Virus record (IMG/VR): IMGVR_UViG_3300037045_000061
Span: 1-33,267 of that record
Reading direction: 5' to 3' (one strand)
From: a virus
Taxonomy: Duplodnaviria; Caudoviricetes
DNA: 33,267 nucleotides
The notes beneath the pieces are model-generated. The model worked only from the letters and a program-made list of their open reading frames with translations. It ran no database searches and was not told the DNA's origin. How positions within the stretch are numbered: position 1 is the first letter of the stretch; every line of letters begins with the position of its first letter. Both the position numbers and the translations under genes were made by a program. Shown here piece after piece: positions 8,428 through 17,761 of this stretch.

Positions 8428-9588
8428 TTGGGATTATTAACATGGATTACCAAAAGATTGAGCGATGGACAGCCAATCGAAGTTGAAATTGGTTCAGATG
8501 AGTTTTTTAATCTTCAAGCAGAATTGTATATAAGAAATCTGGCATTCCAATCAGCAGTCGGCCTTATATCGAGATCAATCAGTAAGTGCGAATTTAAAAC
8601 ATACTTAAAGCATGAGGAGGTGAAAACGCAGGAATACTATCTATTCAATATTGAACCGAACAAGAATCAGAATTCATCTGAGTTTATTCAAAAATGGATT
8701 TCAAAGCTTTATGAGGATAATGAATGCCTGATAATAGAGCACAACGGACAATTGCTGGTGGCGGATACTTTCGATAAAAAGGAGTATGCGCTTTTTGATT
8801 ACCAGTTTAATCAAGTGACGGTCAACGGGTTTGTTTTTAACAAGTCATTTGACATGAACCAAGTCATGTATTTCAGATTAAACAACAAGGATGTCAGGAA
8901 ACTGGTAAACGGCATGTACGAAAGTTACGGTAAGCTGATCAGTTATGCTCAGAAAGGATATAAGAAATCAAGGGGAACAAAAGCGACTGTAGAAATAAGC
9001 TCAATGGCACAGGGCAAAACAAATTTTAAAGAGACATTTGAAAAGTTGATGAATGAGCGGTTCAAGAAATTCTTTGAAGCCGAGAACGCAGTGCTGCCAC
9101 TTTTTGATGGCTACAAATTTACTGAGCTTGGATCTAAAGCTTATTCAAGCGAAACGACCAGGGATATCAAGGCAATGATAGATGATGTCTTTGATCTGAC
9201 GGCCATCCCATTGGGAATACCACCAGTGTTGCTAAAAGGAGACATAGCAGGGAGCAAGGATGCGGTGGATAGCTTTCTGACATTCTGCATCGATCCACTT
9301 TGCGATATGCTGCAGGAGGAAATCAACCGAAAGAGATCCGGATACAAAGGATTTTCTGAAGGAACTTTTCTAAAGATTGACACCAAGACAATCAAACATA
9401 TTGATTTGTTGAGTGTGGCCAGCTCGATAGACAAGCTGATCAGCTCAGGTGCATTTTGTATCAACGATATACGGATTGCTGTTGGAGATGCGCCAATCAA
9501 TGAGCCGTGGGCTTGGCAGCACTTCATAACAAAGAATTATTCGAAAATTGAAGACTTTTTAAATCCATTTGAAGGAGGTGGTAGTTGA
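8428..9588 (+). CDS. Portal protein (HK97 family)
   Basis: NIEPNKNQNSSEF, GIPPVLL, FCIDPL, INDIR motifs; follows terL; AGGAGG RBS with TTG start. Confidence 0.93.
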   Translation: MGLLTWITKRLSDGQPIEVEIGSDEFFNLQAELYIRNLAFQSAVGLISRSISKCEFKTYLKHEEVKTQEYYLFNIEPNKNQNSSEFIQKWISKLYEDNECLIIEHNGQLLVADTFDKKEYALFDYQFNQVTVNGFVFNKSFDMNQVMYFRLNNKDVRKLVNGMYESYGKLISYAQKGYKKSRGTKATVEISSMAQGKTNFKETFEKLMNERFKKFFEAENAVLPLFDGYKFTELGSKAYSSETTRDIKAMIDDVFDLTAIPLGIPPVLLKGDIAGSKDAVDSFLTFCIDPLCDMLQEEINRKRSGYKGFSEGTFLKIDTKTIKHIDLLSVASSIDKLISSGAFCINDIRIAVGDAPINEPWAWQHFITKNYSKIEDFLNPFEGGGS

Positions 9589-9622
9589 TGCGCTGGCGAA
9601 TTTGCATTAGGAGGCTTGAATA

Positions 9623-10786
9623 ATGGAGAAGAAAGTATATGCAATCGATTTTGACGGTACTTTATGTGTCAACAAGTATCCGGAGATAGGTAGTCCCATA
9701 CAGGAAGTGATTGACTACACAAAGAGGATTGTTGAAGAGGGACACAAGATAATTCTGTGGACATGTCGAACAGATGACAAGTTGCAGGAAGCGTTGGATT
9801 GGTGCAATCAGAAGGGAATATATTTTGATGCTGTCAACGAAAATCTAGAGGAAAACATCAAACAGTATGGCTCAGACACAAGAAAGATAAGCGCTGATCA
9901 TTATGTTGACGATAGAGCCATAAAGGTAGATGAAATTGTAAGTGGGAAAGAGGTGATGCGATTGAAGAGTAACAATAACCAAACAAAACGATTATGGGAG
10001 TTCAGGCAGGCAGCACAACCCGATATGCTTGATTTGTATATCTATGGTTACGTGGAGGGAGACAGCTATGACTGGTGGAATGACGTTGAGATTGAAAGTG
10101 AGACATCAGCCAATCATTTCAGATCCGAGCTCACTAAGCATTCAGATGTAAAACAAATCAATATTTTCATCAACAGCTATGGCGGCAGTGTCTATGAAGG
10201 TACAGCCATATACAATCAACTGCGAAGACATCCGGCACAAAAGATAGTCCATATTGATGGATTTGCCTGCAGCGTTGCATCTTTGATAGCGATGGCGGGG
10301 GATAAGGTCATCATGCCACCAAATACTATGATGATGATCCATAATATGTGGACATGTACCTGTGGAAACGCAAAAGAACATAGAAAAGTGGCAGACGATC
10401 TGGATGTGATGATGGCGTCCAACAGGCAGGCTTACCTGGAAAAGTCCGCTGGTAAGTTAACAGAGGATAAGCTAATTGAGTTGCTTGATGGCGAGACATG
10501 GTTGACAGCTCATCAGTGCCAGGCTTACGGCTTCGCCGATGAGATACCTACGAAAGAGGCAGATATGACTCAAGCAAAAGAAATGTTACTGAAATCGAAT
10601 CAGTCATTTGAGCAGCATTTGAGCTACAACAAAGCGGTTGCTGCCATGATCAGAGAAATGCAACAAAGAAAGGATCCAGAGCCGGCAGTAGATCTAGTAG
10701 ACCCAGTCGAACCACAGCAAAAAGAAGAAAATCCGAAAGAGCCGGAAAACAAAACTAAAAAATTAATAACGGCATTGTTCCGTTAA
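9623..10786 (+). CDS. Fusion of HAD-family phosphatase domain (about aa 1-105) and ClpP-type head maturation protease
   Basis: AIDFDGTL, ILWTCR, K...YVDDR HAD motifs, then INSYGGSV, DGFACSVAS, MMIHN, ETWLTA...GFADEI ClpP motifs; internal AGAGGTGA RBS with in-frame TTG at 9962. Confidence 0.88.
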   Translation: MEKKVYAIDFDGTLCVNKYPEIGSPIQEVIDYTKRIVEEGHKIILWTCRTDDKLQEALDWCNQKGIYFDAVNENLEENIKQYGSDTRKISADHYVDDRAIKVDEIVSGKEVMRLKSNNNQTKRLWEFRQAAQPDMLDLYIYGYVEGDSYDWWNDVEIESETSANHFRSELTKHSDVKQINIFINSYGGSVYEGTAIYNQLRRHPAQKIVHIDGFACSVASLIAMAGDKVIMPPNTMMMIHNMWTCTCGNAKEHRKVADDLDVMMASNRQAYLEKSAGKLTEDKLIELLDGETWLTAHQCQAYGFADEIPTKEADMTQAKEMLLKSNQSFEQHLSYNKAVAAMIREMQQRKDPEPAVDLVDPVEPQQKEENPKEPENKTKKLITALFR

Positions 10787-10802
10787 AAAAAAGGAGAGAA
10801 AT

Positions 10803-12272
10803 ATGAAAAATCTTGATGTATTGCAACAGAAAAAAGCGGAAATCATGACAAAATTGAACCAAGCAATTAAAGATGGTGACGAAGAAGCTTTTGCTCAGGC
10901 GTTCACAGCGTTTACTGAGAATATACAGGAAGCTGTAATGAATGAGGCAAAAGGATTGATTCAAGCAGCTGACAATACTGTTTTGTCAGGAAGAGGTGTA
11001 AGAGCTTTAACATCTCAAGAAAACCAATATTATCAAAAAGTAATCGAAGCTATGAAATCATCCAATCCGAAACAGGCTTTGACAGACGTTGACGTTGTGC
11101 TACCTAAGACAGTTATCGATGCTGTATTTGAGGATTTGATAGAAGATCATCCTTTGTTGGAAAACATTGATTTCGTGAACACATCTGGATTGATTGAGTA
11201 TCTCATCAATCTTGGAGACGGCATTAATCTAGCAACCTGGGATGCCCTTTGTACAGAGATAGTCACAGAAGCGGTCAGTGGATTCCATAAGATTGACCTG
11301 GCGCATAAGAAATTGTCGGCATTCCTGCCGGTTTGCAAAGCAATGCTGGACTTGGGACCTGCATGGTTGGACAGATATGTCAGAACAGTTTTGGCAGAAG
11401 CGCTAAACAATGGCCTTGAAAAAGGAATGATCGATGGCAATGGCATCATGGAGCCAATAGGCATGATTAGAGACCTTAATGGTCCGATACATCCGGTTGA
11501 TGGTTACCCAGCAAAAGCCCAAATAGCTATCACAGACCTATTGCCTGAAACCTACGGTACTTTGGTATCTCAGCTGATGGTAGGACATAACGGGAATATC
11601 AGAACTGTCAGCGAAGTGGTTTTGATTGTCAATCCGATAGACTACGTGACAAAAGTATTGCCGGCAACGATTCATAAAACGCCAAATGGCGAGTACGTAA
11701 AAGACATATTCCCATTCCCGACAAAGGTGATTCAGTCTGCCAGATTAACTCAGGGCGATGCAGTCATGGGATTGTCCAAGCGTTACTTCATGGGGATAGG
11801 CACGTCTAAGTCCGGAAAGATCGAGTATTCCGATGAGTACAGATTCCTGGAAGATGAGAGAATCTACCTGGTCAAGCTGTATGGAACAGGAAGACCTAAA
11901 GACAATGGCGCTTTCCTGTATCTCGATATTTCAGGGCTTGCACCGGCAATCCCTAACATCAATGTTGCTAATGCTGGAGACTTTAATTTTTATGATGCCA
12001 GGCTTGCAAGCTTGACCGTTGGCGCTTTGACACTATCACCTGAGTTCAATAAATCCATCTTCTACTATACTGTCAGCACAGCCAATGCGACAAATACTAT
12101 AAATGCTATAGCGATGGACGGAGAAGCCACCATAGCAATATCGGTAAATAACGCAGCACATAACAATGGAGCTGCAGCAACATGGGTGTTAGGTGCAAAC
12201 ACAGTTGAAATTACAGTGACCAGTGGGACTGAAACTGAAACCTATACTGTTATTGTAACCAAGACTGAATAA
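10803..12272 (+). CDS. Major capsid protein (HK97 fold) with C-terminal cadherin-like beta-sandwich
   Basis: Coiled N-terminal delta domain; KLSAFLPVCKAMLDLGPAWLDRYV; GNG..EPIG; C-terminal DARLASLTV...LSPEF...YTV...VEITVT...TYTVIVTK. Confidence 0.92.
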   Translation: MKNLDVLQQKKAEIMTKLNQAIKDGDEEAFAQAFTAFTENIQEAVMNEAKGLIQAADNTVLSGRGVRALTSQENQYYQKVIEAMKSSNPKQALTDVDVVLPKTVIDAVFEDLIEDHPLLENIDFVNTSGLIEYLINLGDGINLATWDALCTEIVTEAVSGFHKIDLAHKKLSAFLPVCKAMLDLGPAWLDRYVRTVLAEALNNGLEKGMIDGNGIMEPIGMIRDLNGPIHPVDGYPAKAQIAITDLLPETYGTLVSQLMVGHNGNIRTVSEVVLIVNPIDYVTKVLPATIHKTPNGEYVKDIFPFPTKVIQSARLTQGDAVMGLSKRYFMGIGTSKSGKIEYSDEYRFLEDERIYLVKLYGTGRPKDNGAFLYLDISGLAPAIPNINVANAGDFNFYDARLASLTVGALTLSPEFNKSIFYYTVSTANATNTINAIAMDGEATIAISVNNAAHNNGAAATWVLGANTVEITVTSGTETETYTVIVTKTE

Positions 12273-12289
12273 GGCCAGGAGGTGCTGAC

Positions 12290-12595
12290 ATGGCACTGCC
12301 GGAAAATTTATTAAATGACATAAAAAATTATCTTGATATCACATGGGAAGATGAAGCCGGAGACGCTAAGCTCTCCGGCATTGCCGAAAGAGGCATACAG
12401 TACTTAGATGGCATAGCGGGAGAATCGATGGATTACACAGTTGAAGGTAAGGCAAGAGAGCTGCTCTTTGACTACTGTCGATATGCCAGATCACATGCCC
12501 TGGATGTGTTTCAAAAAAACTACCTGCATGAACTGAACACCTTGCAGATTGTCCAGGAGGTTGCTGCCTATGAAGAAGAAAACTCAGACCTATAA
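12290..12595 (+). CDS. Head-tail connector (gp6-like)
   Basis: LLNDIKNYLDITW...ELLFDYCRY; position after the capsid gene. Confidence 0.8.
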   Translation: MALPENLLNDIKNYLDITWEDEAGDAKLSGIAERGIQYLDGIAGESMDYTVEGKARELLFDYCRYARSHALDVFQKNYLHELNTLQIVQEVAAYEEENSDL

Positions 12596-12947
12596 TGACG
12601 GTGTGCTAGACATCTATCTGGTGGGCAACATATCCCAGGAAGGCAACATGCCTGTTGATAAGCTGACTTTGAAGATAGGTAAGCTGCGCTATGAAAACAG
12701 GAGAGTCGGAATGTCAAGATTCTGGATAGCCAAACAAGCAACGGCTAGGATTGATAAGATGGTAAGGGTTCCTAGGCTAAGGATATCCAGTCAGGATGTA
12801 GCGCTGATTGACGGTGAACAATATAGAATCATTCAAACGCAGGACCAGGATGATGTCAGTCCGATTTCAATGGACTTGTCTCTTGAAAGGCTCGAAGTGA
12901 AGTTTGAAGTTGACGAACCGGAGGTAGAAGAAGATGAAACTGACTGA
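12570..12947 (+). CDS. Head closure / head-tail adaptor
   Basis: QTYNDG...DVALIDGEQYRIIQ...DLSLE; AGGAGG RBS before ATG 12570. Confidence 0.7.
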   Translation: MKKKTQTYNDGVLDIYLVGNISQEGNMPVDKLTLKIGKLRYENRRVGMSRFWIAKQATARIDKMVRVPRLRISSQDVALIDGEQYRIIQTQDQDDVSPISMDLSLERLEVKFEVDEPEVEEDETD

Positions 12948-13263
12948 TTTAAGAGATGCATTGTTGTCTTTGAATATGCCGGTCCATCATTTCTTTCCTC
13001 ACAAAGAAAAAGCCGATCAGTATATTGTTTGGGCAGAAGATGGCGAGGCTGGCGCTGGACATGCAGACAATAAAAAAACAAATCAAGTCATCCAGGGAAC
13101 GGTAGATTATTTTACCAAGACGGAATTTGACAGCAATTTAGATTTGATACAAGAAAAACTGAACTCATTGGATATGGCCTGGCGGTTGAACACTATCGAG
13201 TATGAAGACGACACAGGCTATATCCACTATGAGTGGGTGTGGGAGTTGATTAAAAGTGGCTAA
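12934..13263 (+). CDS. Tail completion/terminator protein
   Basis: YIVWAED...ADN...VDYFTK...YEDDTGYIHY motif. Confidence 0.7.
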   Translation: MKLTDLRDALLSLNMPVHHFFPHKEKADQYIVWAEDGEAGAGHADNKKTNQVIQGTVDYFTKTEFDSNLDLIQEKLNSLDMAWRLNTIEYEDDTGYIHYEWVWELIKSG

Positions 13264-13696
13264 GATGACATTAAAAGGATTTGACGAGTATGCCATGAAA
13301 CTGTCTCAGATTGGCAAGGAGTCTGTAGAAATATCAAAAAAAGCGGTTAGAGCAGGCGCAAATCCGGTAGCGGATGCAATTAAATGGGAACTAACTAAAA
13401 ACCTCATAGGTTCAGAATATTCGACAGGTGACTTGGTTAAGTCTATGGGAATAGCACCACCTGACGTCGATTACAAAGGCAATACAAACACCAAGATTGG
13501 TTTCGATGGGTATGACAGAAAAGGCGTGCCGAATGCACTTAAAGCAAGAGCGATGGAAAGCGGAACGAGCAAACAGAAGAAAAAGCCATTTATCAGACCT
13601 GCGGTTAATCGGATGAAAGAGCAATGCGTCGCAGAAATACGCAGGGTCATTGATGAGGAAACCTATAAGATATTTGCGTTAAAAAAAGAAAAATAA
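13256..13696 (+). CDS. HK97 gp10-family tail component
   Basis: TGDL...ESGTSKQKKKPFIRPA motif. Confidence 0.85.
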   Translation: MAKMTLKGFDEYAMKLSQIGKESVEISKKAVRAGANPVADAIKWELTKNLIGSEYSTGDLVKSMGIAPPDVDYKGNTNTKIGFDGYDRKGVPNALKARAMESGTSKQKKKPFIRPAVNRMKEQCVAEIRRVIDEETYKIFALKKEK

Positions 13697-13708
13697 AGGA
13701 GGAACAAC

Positions 13709-14614
13709 ATGGATCAAAAGTATGGTGAATTTGTAGGTGTTGACAAGCTATATGCAGCTATTGTTCTGGAAGACTCGGAAGACAGTTATATAGCGGATAC
13801 ACCGGAGTATTTTGCACCGGCTGCTGAAATATCAGGTGAACCTGAGATAGAGAACAGCACCACTTATTATGACAATGTGGCGGCCAACAACTATGTGACA
13901 GAAGGAAAGACAACCTTGACAATAATCGTGTCAGGTGTGCCGGCTGATGTGGCAGCTAAGTATTTGGGTAAGAAATACGATGCATCGAGCGGTAGAGTTT
14001 ATGACAGTGGGGATCCTAATCCACCGGATGTCGCTTTGGCCTTCAGATTTAATAAAGGCAAGGCTGGTTATCGATACTATCAGTATCTCAAAGGCACATT
14101 CAGTGGCGGTACGGAAGAGGCAGCGACCAAAACCAGTACAATAGATATCAAAACTTATCAGATGACTTTTACAGCTGTTTCGACAACCCACAAGTGGGAA
14201 ATAGACGGAGAAATGAAACCGATTAAGCGGATATTTGGAGATACAGCTGATGTGGCGTTTGATCCTGCCGGATGGTTTGATGTGGTGCAGACACCTGATA
14301 CAGCTTCAGCGCCTGATGCACTGACATTAGTCAGCAGCAATCCAGCTGACGATGCGACTGGTGTTGTAATAACAAGTGACATCACTTTGACATTCAGCAA
14401 CACAATCCAAAGCTACACGATAGCATTGCTTGATGATGTTTATGCACCTGTAGCTGTTGAGGTGTCTAAGAATTCGACTGGTAAAGTGGTGACTGTATCA
14501 CCAGTGGGAGATCTTGATCCAGATACAGAATATCTGTTGTTTGTTACTGAGATCAAGGATATCTACAATCAAAAGATAGTCAATACAGTGATTAAGTTCA
14601 AGACTGTGGCATAA
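13709..14614 (+). CDS. Major tail protein (phi13-like) with C-terminal Ig-like (Big_5-like) domain
   Basis: GVDKLYAA...YYDN...PPDVALAF...YLKGTF...TK; C-terminal SSNPADDATGV...ITLTFS...P...L.P.TEY...IKD...G/N...F.T. Confidence 0.88.
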   Translation: MDQKYGEFVGVDKLYAAIVLEDSEDSYIADTPEYFAPAAEISGEPEIENSTTYYDNVAANNYVTEGKTTLTIIVSGVPADVAAKYLGKKYDASSGRVYDSGDPNPPDVALAFRFNKGKAGYRYYQYLKGTFSGGTEEAATKTSTIDIKTYQMTFTAVSTTHKWEIDGEMKPIKRIFGDTADVAFDPAGWFDVVQTPDTASAPDALTLVSSNPADDATGVVITSDITLTFSNTIQSYTIALLDDVYAPVAVEVSKNSTGKVVTVSPVGDLDPDTEYLLFVTEIKDIYNQKIVNTVIKFKTVA

Positions 14615-14639
14615 GGCAGGGAAACCTGCCTTTTATTTT
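14613..14639 (+). terminator. Intrinsic terminator after the major tail gene
   Basis: AAGGCAGG-GAAA-CCTGCCTT followed by TTATTTT. Confidence 0.75.
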
Positions 14640-14652
14640 AGGAGGTGACTGG

Positions 14653-14964
14653 ATGAAACCAGTATTCATAGAATTTACAGACGATGAAGGCAAAAGGACA
14701 AAGACATTTACGACATGCACCCTCAAGACGGGAATGATGGACAACATCTTGGACCTGGCTGAAAGAGGTGAAGCACTCGACAAGGGGAATATTTCCGTTA
14801 GGGAAGTGAAGGATTTCTATAAAGATTTGAAAAGCCTTATCTTGCAAGTTTTCAAACATCAGTTTAGTTACGATGAGTTGAACGAGAATGTGGAACAGAA
14901 TGAGTTGATGAAGGTTTTCAACGACATATGCAACAATATAGGCAGTGAAATGAAAAAAAACTAA
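14653..14964 (+). CDS. Tail assembly chaperone (gpG-like)
   Basis: Between the major tail and tape measure genes; ends in slippery AAAAAAAAC. Confidence 0.8.
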   Translation: MKPVFIEFTDDEGKRTKTFTTCTLKTGMMDNILDLAERGEALDKGNISVREVKDFYKDLKSLILQVFKHQFSYDELNENVEQNELMKVFNDICNNIGSEMKKN

Positions 14965-15191
14965 CAGAGGGAGAATTGCAGGATGATTCTCCCTCTGGCT
15001 ATAAAGATACATTGATCAGGCTTAAAACTACAATCAATAAAAAGCTTGGATGGACATTGTTTGATATCGATGAGACGGACTTTTGCAACTTGCTTGCATT
15101 TATTAGCTTTAGTCCGGAAAGCGATCCTGATGTTAGGATCATCAATGGGAAAGAATACAGAAGAGCCAAAAACGTCCCTGACTGGCTCTAA
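14958..15191 (+). CDS. Tail assembly chaperone gpT-like extension reached by -1 frameshift
   Basis: The -1 frame is open from A-AAA-AAC (14955-14961) through KLTEGELQDD...LGWTLFDIDETD...PDWL. Confidence 0.75.
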   Translation, partial: KLTEGELQDDSPSGYKDTLIRLKTTINKKLGWTLFDIDETDFCNLLAFISFSPESDPDVRIINGKEYRRAKNVPDWL

Positions 15192-15206
15192 AGGTGGTGG
15201 ATAAAC

Positions 15207-17405
15207 ATGGCTTATGATATTGGACCTAAGATTGGTATAGAAGGCGAAGGTGAATTCAGGAAGAATATCAACAACATCAATACCAATATGCGGACATTGA
15301 AAACCGAGATGGAATCTGTCGCATCTCAATTCGATAAGAATGATAAAAGCACAGAAGCCTATGCAGCTAAAAATGAAGTCTTGAATAAGCAGATAGGAGA
15401 ACAGAAGAATAAACTATCCGAACTGGAAAAAGGACTCAAGGCTTCAGCTGAGAAGTATGGTGAAAACGATAAGGTGACGCAAGGCTGGCAACAGGCTGTC
15501 AATAAAGCAAATACAGATCTTAACATCATGGAAAGAGAGCTTAAAGACAACAAGAATGCAATGACTGATTTCGGGAAGGAAGCTGATCAGTCCATTGAGA
15601 AGACCAATAGATTCAGCGGAGCGGTCAGTGGATTAGGAAAAGGGCTTGCCAATGTCGGAAAAGTAACGGCCAAAGCTGCAATTGCAGGCATAAAAGCAGT
15701 GGGAGCTGCCTCAGTTGCGGCTGCAGTCGGCGCATTTAAGCTGGCTAAAGATGTTGGCCAGACAGCAGATGCACTGATCACACTCTCTGATCAGACAGGC
15801 GTATCCACTCAACAGCTCCAGGAATGGCAATATGCGATGCGGTTCATTGATGTAGATGTGAATACAATGACGGGAAGCATGGCTAAACTGGTTAAAAGTA
15901 TTGATGATGCGTCAAAAGGCAGTAAAAGCAGTGAAGAAGCATTTGATAAATTAGGTGTTGCGTTCAGAGACAATGTAACTGGAGAGTTGAGAAGTTCTCA
16001 AGATGTTTTCATGGATACGATCGATGCCCTTGGCCAGATTGAAAATGAGACAGAAAGAGACGCAATGGCCATGAGAATGTTTGGTAAATCCGCTCAAGAG
16101 TTGAACCCTCTCATCAAAGCTGGTACTGCTGAACTGGCAAGACTAAGCGAAGAAGCGCATAAGGTAGGCGCTGTTTTGTCAGATGAGGCGCTTAAAGCTG
16201 CAGGTAAATTCGATGACATGTTGGAAACGCTGGGAGCATCATCAAAAGGACTTGTTGCCACTCTTGGTGTGTCGGTCCTGCCAGGTGTGACGGAAGTGGT
16301 AAATTCAGTTATTGGTGTAGTGCCTAAAATCACCGAGGCAATTAAGACAGGTGATTGGGATAGTGCCGGAAAGGCTGTTAGCGAAGGTGTTAATGCATTA
16401 TTGGGAAAATTGACAGCTGCTTTGCCAGGATTATCTTCTATGGCAAGCACTATTATTGGCGGTATAGCTGGTGCTTTGGCTTCTGCTGTGCCTGAGGTAT
16501 TGCCACCTCTGATTGATGCAACGCTTATGCTTCTGGACATTCTGTTAGATGTCTTGATAGATAATGGGCCTATGCTTATAGATGCCGGCATTAAGGCGAT
16601 TTTGATGATTACTAACGGATTAATTAATGCTTTGCCTAAGATAGTATCAGCTGCAGTGATGATTATTCTGGCATTGACTAACGGATTGATCAACGCTTTG
16701 CCTGAACTGATACCGATGATACCTCAAATAGTAACGACCATTGTTGATGTTTTAGCTCAGAATCTGCCTTTAATTATCGACGCAGCTCTGCAGATCATAG
16801 TGGCATTAGGGATTGCCCTGGTTCAGAATCTACCGATAATCCTTAAATCGACAGCAAAGATCATCGGATCTATTTTTTCAGGACTGATCAATGGAATAGG
16901 AACCATAATAGGATTTGTTCCAAAGTTGTTTAAATCTATTTTCGAGGCTTTTGCAAATATTAAATGGGGAGAGCTAGGGAAGAATATCATAGATGGAATA
17001 AAAAGTGGAATAACAGGCAGTGCAAAAGAGTTGGCTGGAAGTGTGGTTGATTCTGCCAAGAATGCTTTGAGCGGTGCCAAGAAATTTTTAGGCATTTCAT
17101 CGCCATCCAAATTGTTTAAGAATCAGATCGGGCTTGAAATTGGAGCTGGAATGGCATCCGGCATAGCGGACAGTGCAAAACAAGTAAATGCTGCTATGAA
17201 TGGGTTGAATAAGGGTTTGGTAGCTGATGTGAGTGTTAATGGGATTGGTGGCGCATCTGCTAATGGCCTAAACAACAAATCTGTAAAAAATGTGGTAGAA
17301 CACACAGGAATCATCAGATTGGAAGGCATCAATGATTACAATCAATTGAGATCAGTGGTTAATATCGTCATGGATGAACTGAGAAGGGAGGTAAGGATGG
17401 CATGA
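15207..17405 (+). CDS. Tape measure protein
   Basis: IGPKIGIEGEGEF N-terminus; coiled-coil; Ala/Gly-rich amphipathic repeats; FLGISSPSK. Confidence 0.93.
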   Translation: MAYDIGPKIGIEGEGEFRKNINNINTNMRTLKTEMESVASQFDKNDKSTEAYAAKNEVLNKQIGEQKNKLSELEKGLKASAEKYGENDKVTQGWQQAVNKANTDLNIMERELKDNKNAMTDFGKEADQSIEKTNRFSGAVSGLGKGLANVGKVTAKAAIAGIKAVGAASVAAAVGAFKLAKDVGQTADALITLSDQTGVSTQQLQEWQYAMRFIDVDVNTMTGSMAKLVKSIDDASKGSKSSEEAFDKLGVAFRDNVTGELRSSQDVFMDTIDALGQIENETERDAMAMRMFGKSAQELNPLIKAGTAELARLSEEAHKVGAVLSDEALKAAGKFDDMLETLGASSKGLVATLGVSVLPGVTEVVNSVIGVVPKITEAIKTGDWDSAGKAVSEGVNALLGKLTAALPGLSSMASTIIGGIAGALASAVPEVLPPLIDATLMLLDILLDVLIDNGPMLIDAGIKAILMITNGLINALPKIVSAAVMIILALTNGLINALPELIPMIPQIVTTIVDVLAQNLPLIIDAALQIIVALGIALVQNLPIILKSTAKIIGSIFSGLINGIGTIIGFVPKLFKSIFEAFANIKWGELGKNIIDGIKSGITGSAKELAGSVVDSAKNALSGAKKFLGISSPSKLFKNQIGLEIGAGMASGIADSAKQVNAAMNGLNKGLVADVSVNGIGGASANGLNNKSVKNVVEHTGIIRLEGINDYNQLRSVVNIVMDELRREVRMA

Positions 17406-17761
17406 ACGAGATTTTAGATATAAGCAATAATCTGATAACAAGATATATTTCAGAAGTCCTTATCTACTATGAATCAACAAGAATAGAAAATGTCCTTTTG
17501 GATGGATCTTATCATGTGCAGATGATAGGAGATCCACTGAAAATCATCAATATAACGTGCAACATGTCAGAGGCAGCTAAGGCCTTAATCGATGAAGCAT
17601 ATAACATAAGTAAACCAGTGCAGTTGAAGTGGTATGGTAAGCATTATATTGGTTTAATCAAAGAATCACCTAAATGGTCTTATCTTCTGAAAGGAAAAGA
17701 AACCAGGAGGATCTATACTGCCATCATGACAATAGTCGTAACAGAAGAGGGATCGCTATGA
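17402..17761 (+). CDS. Tail protein (distal-tail position)
   Basis: Coupled to the tape measure gene; LLDGSYHVQMIG motif. Confidence 0.55.
   Translation: MNEILDISNNLITRYISEVLIYYESTRIENVLLDGSYHVQMIGDPLKIINITCNMSEAAKALIDEAYNISKPVQLKWYGKHYIGLIKESPKWSYLLKGKETRRIYTAIMTIVVTEEGSL

Noticed and set aside
16094-16693. 199-aa minus-strand ORF and similar antisense ORFs in structural genes
   Set aside because: Shadow ORFs of repetitive tape measure and structural coding sequence
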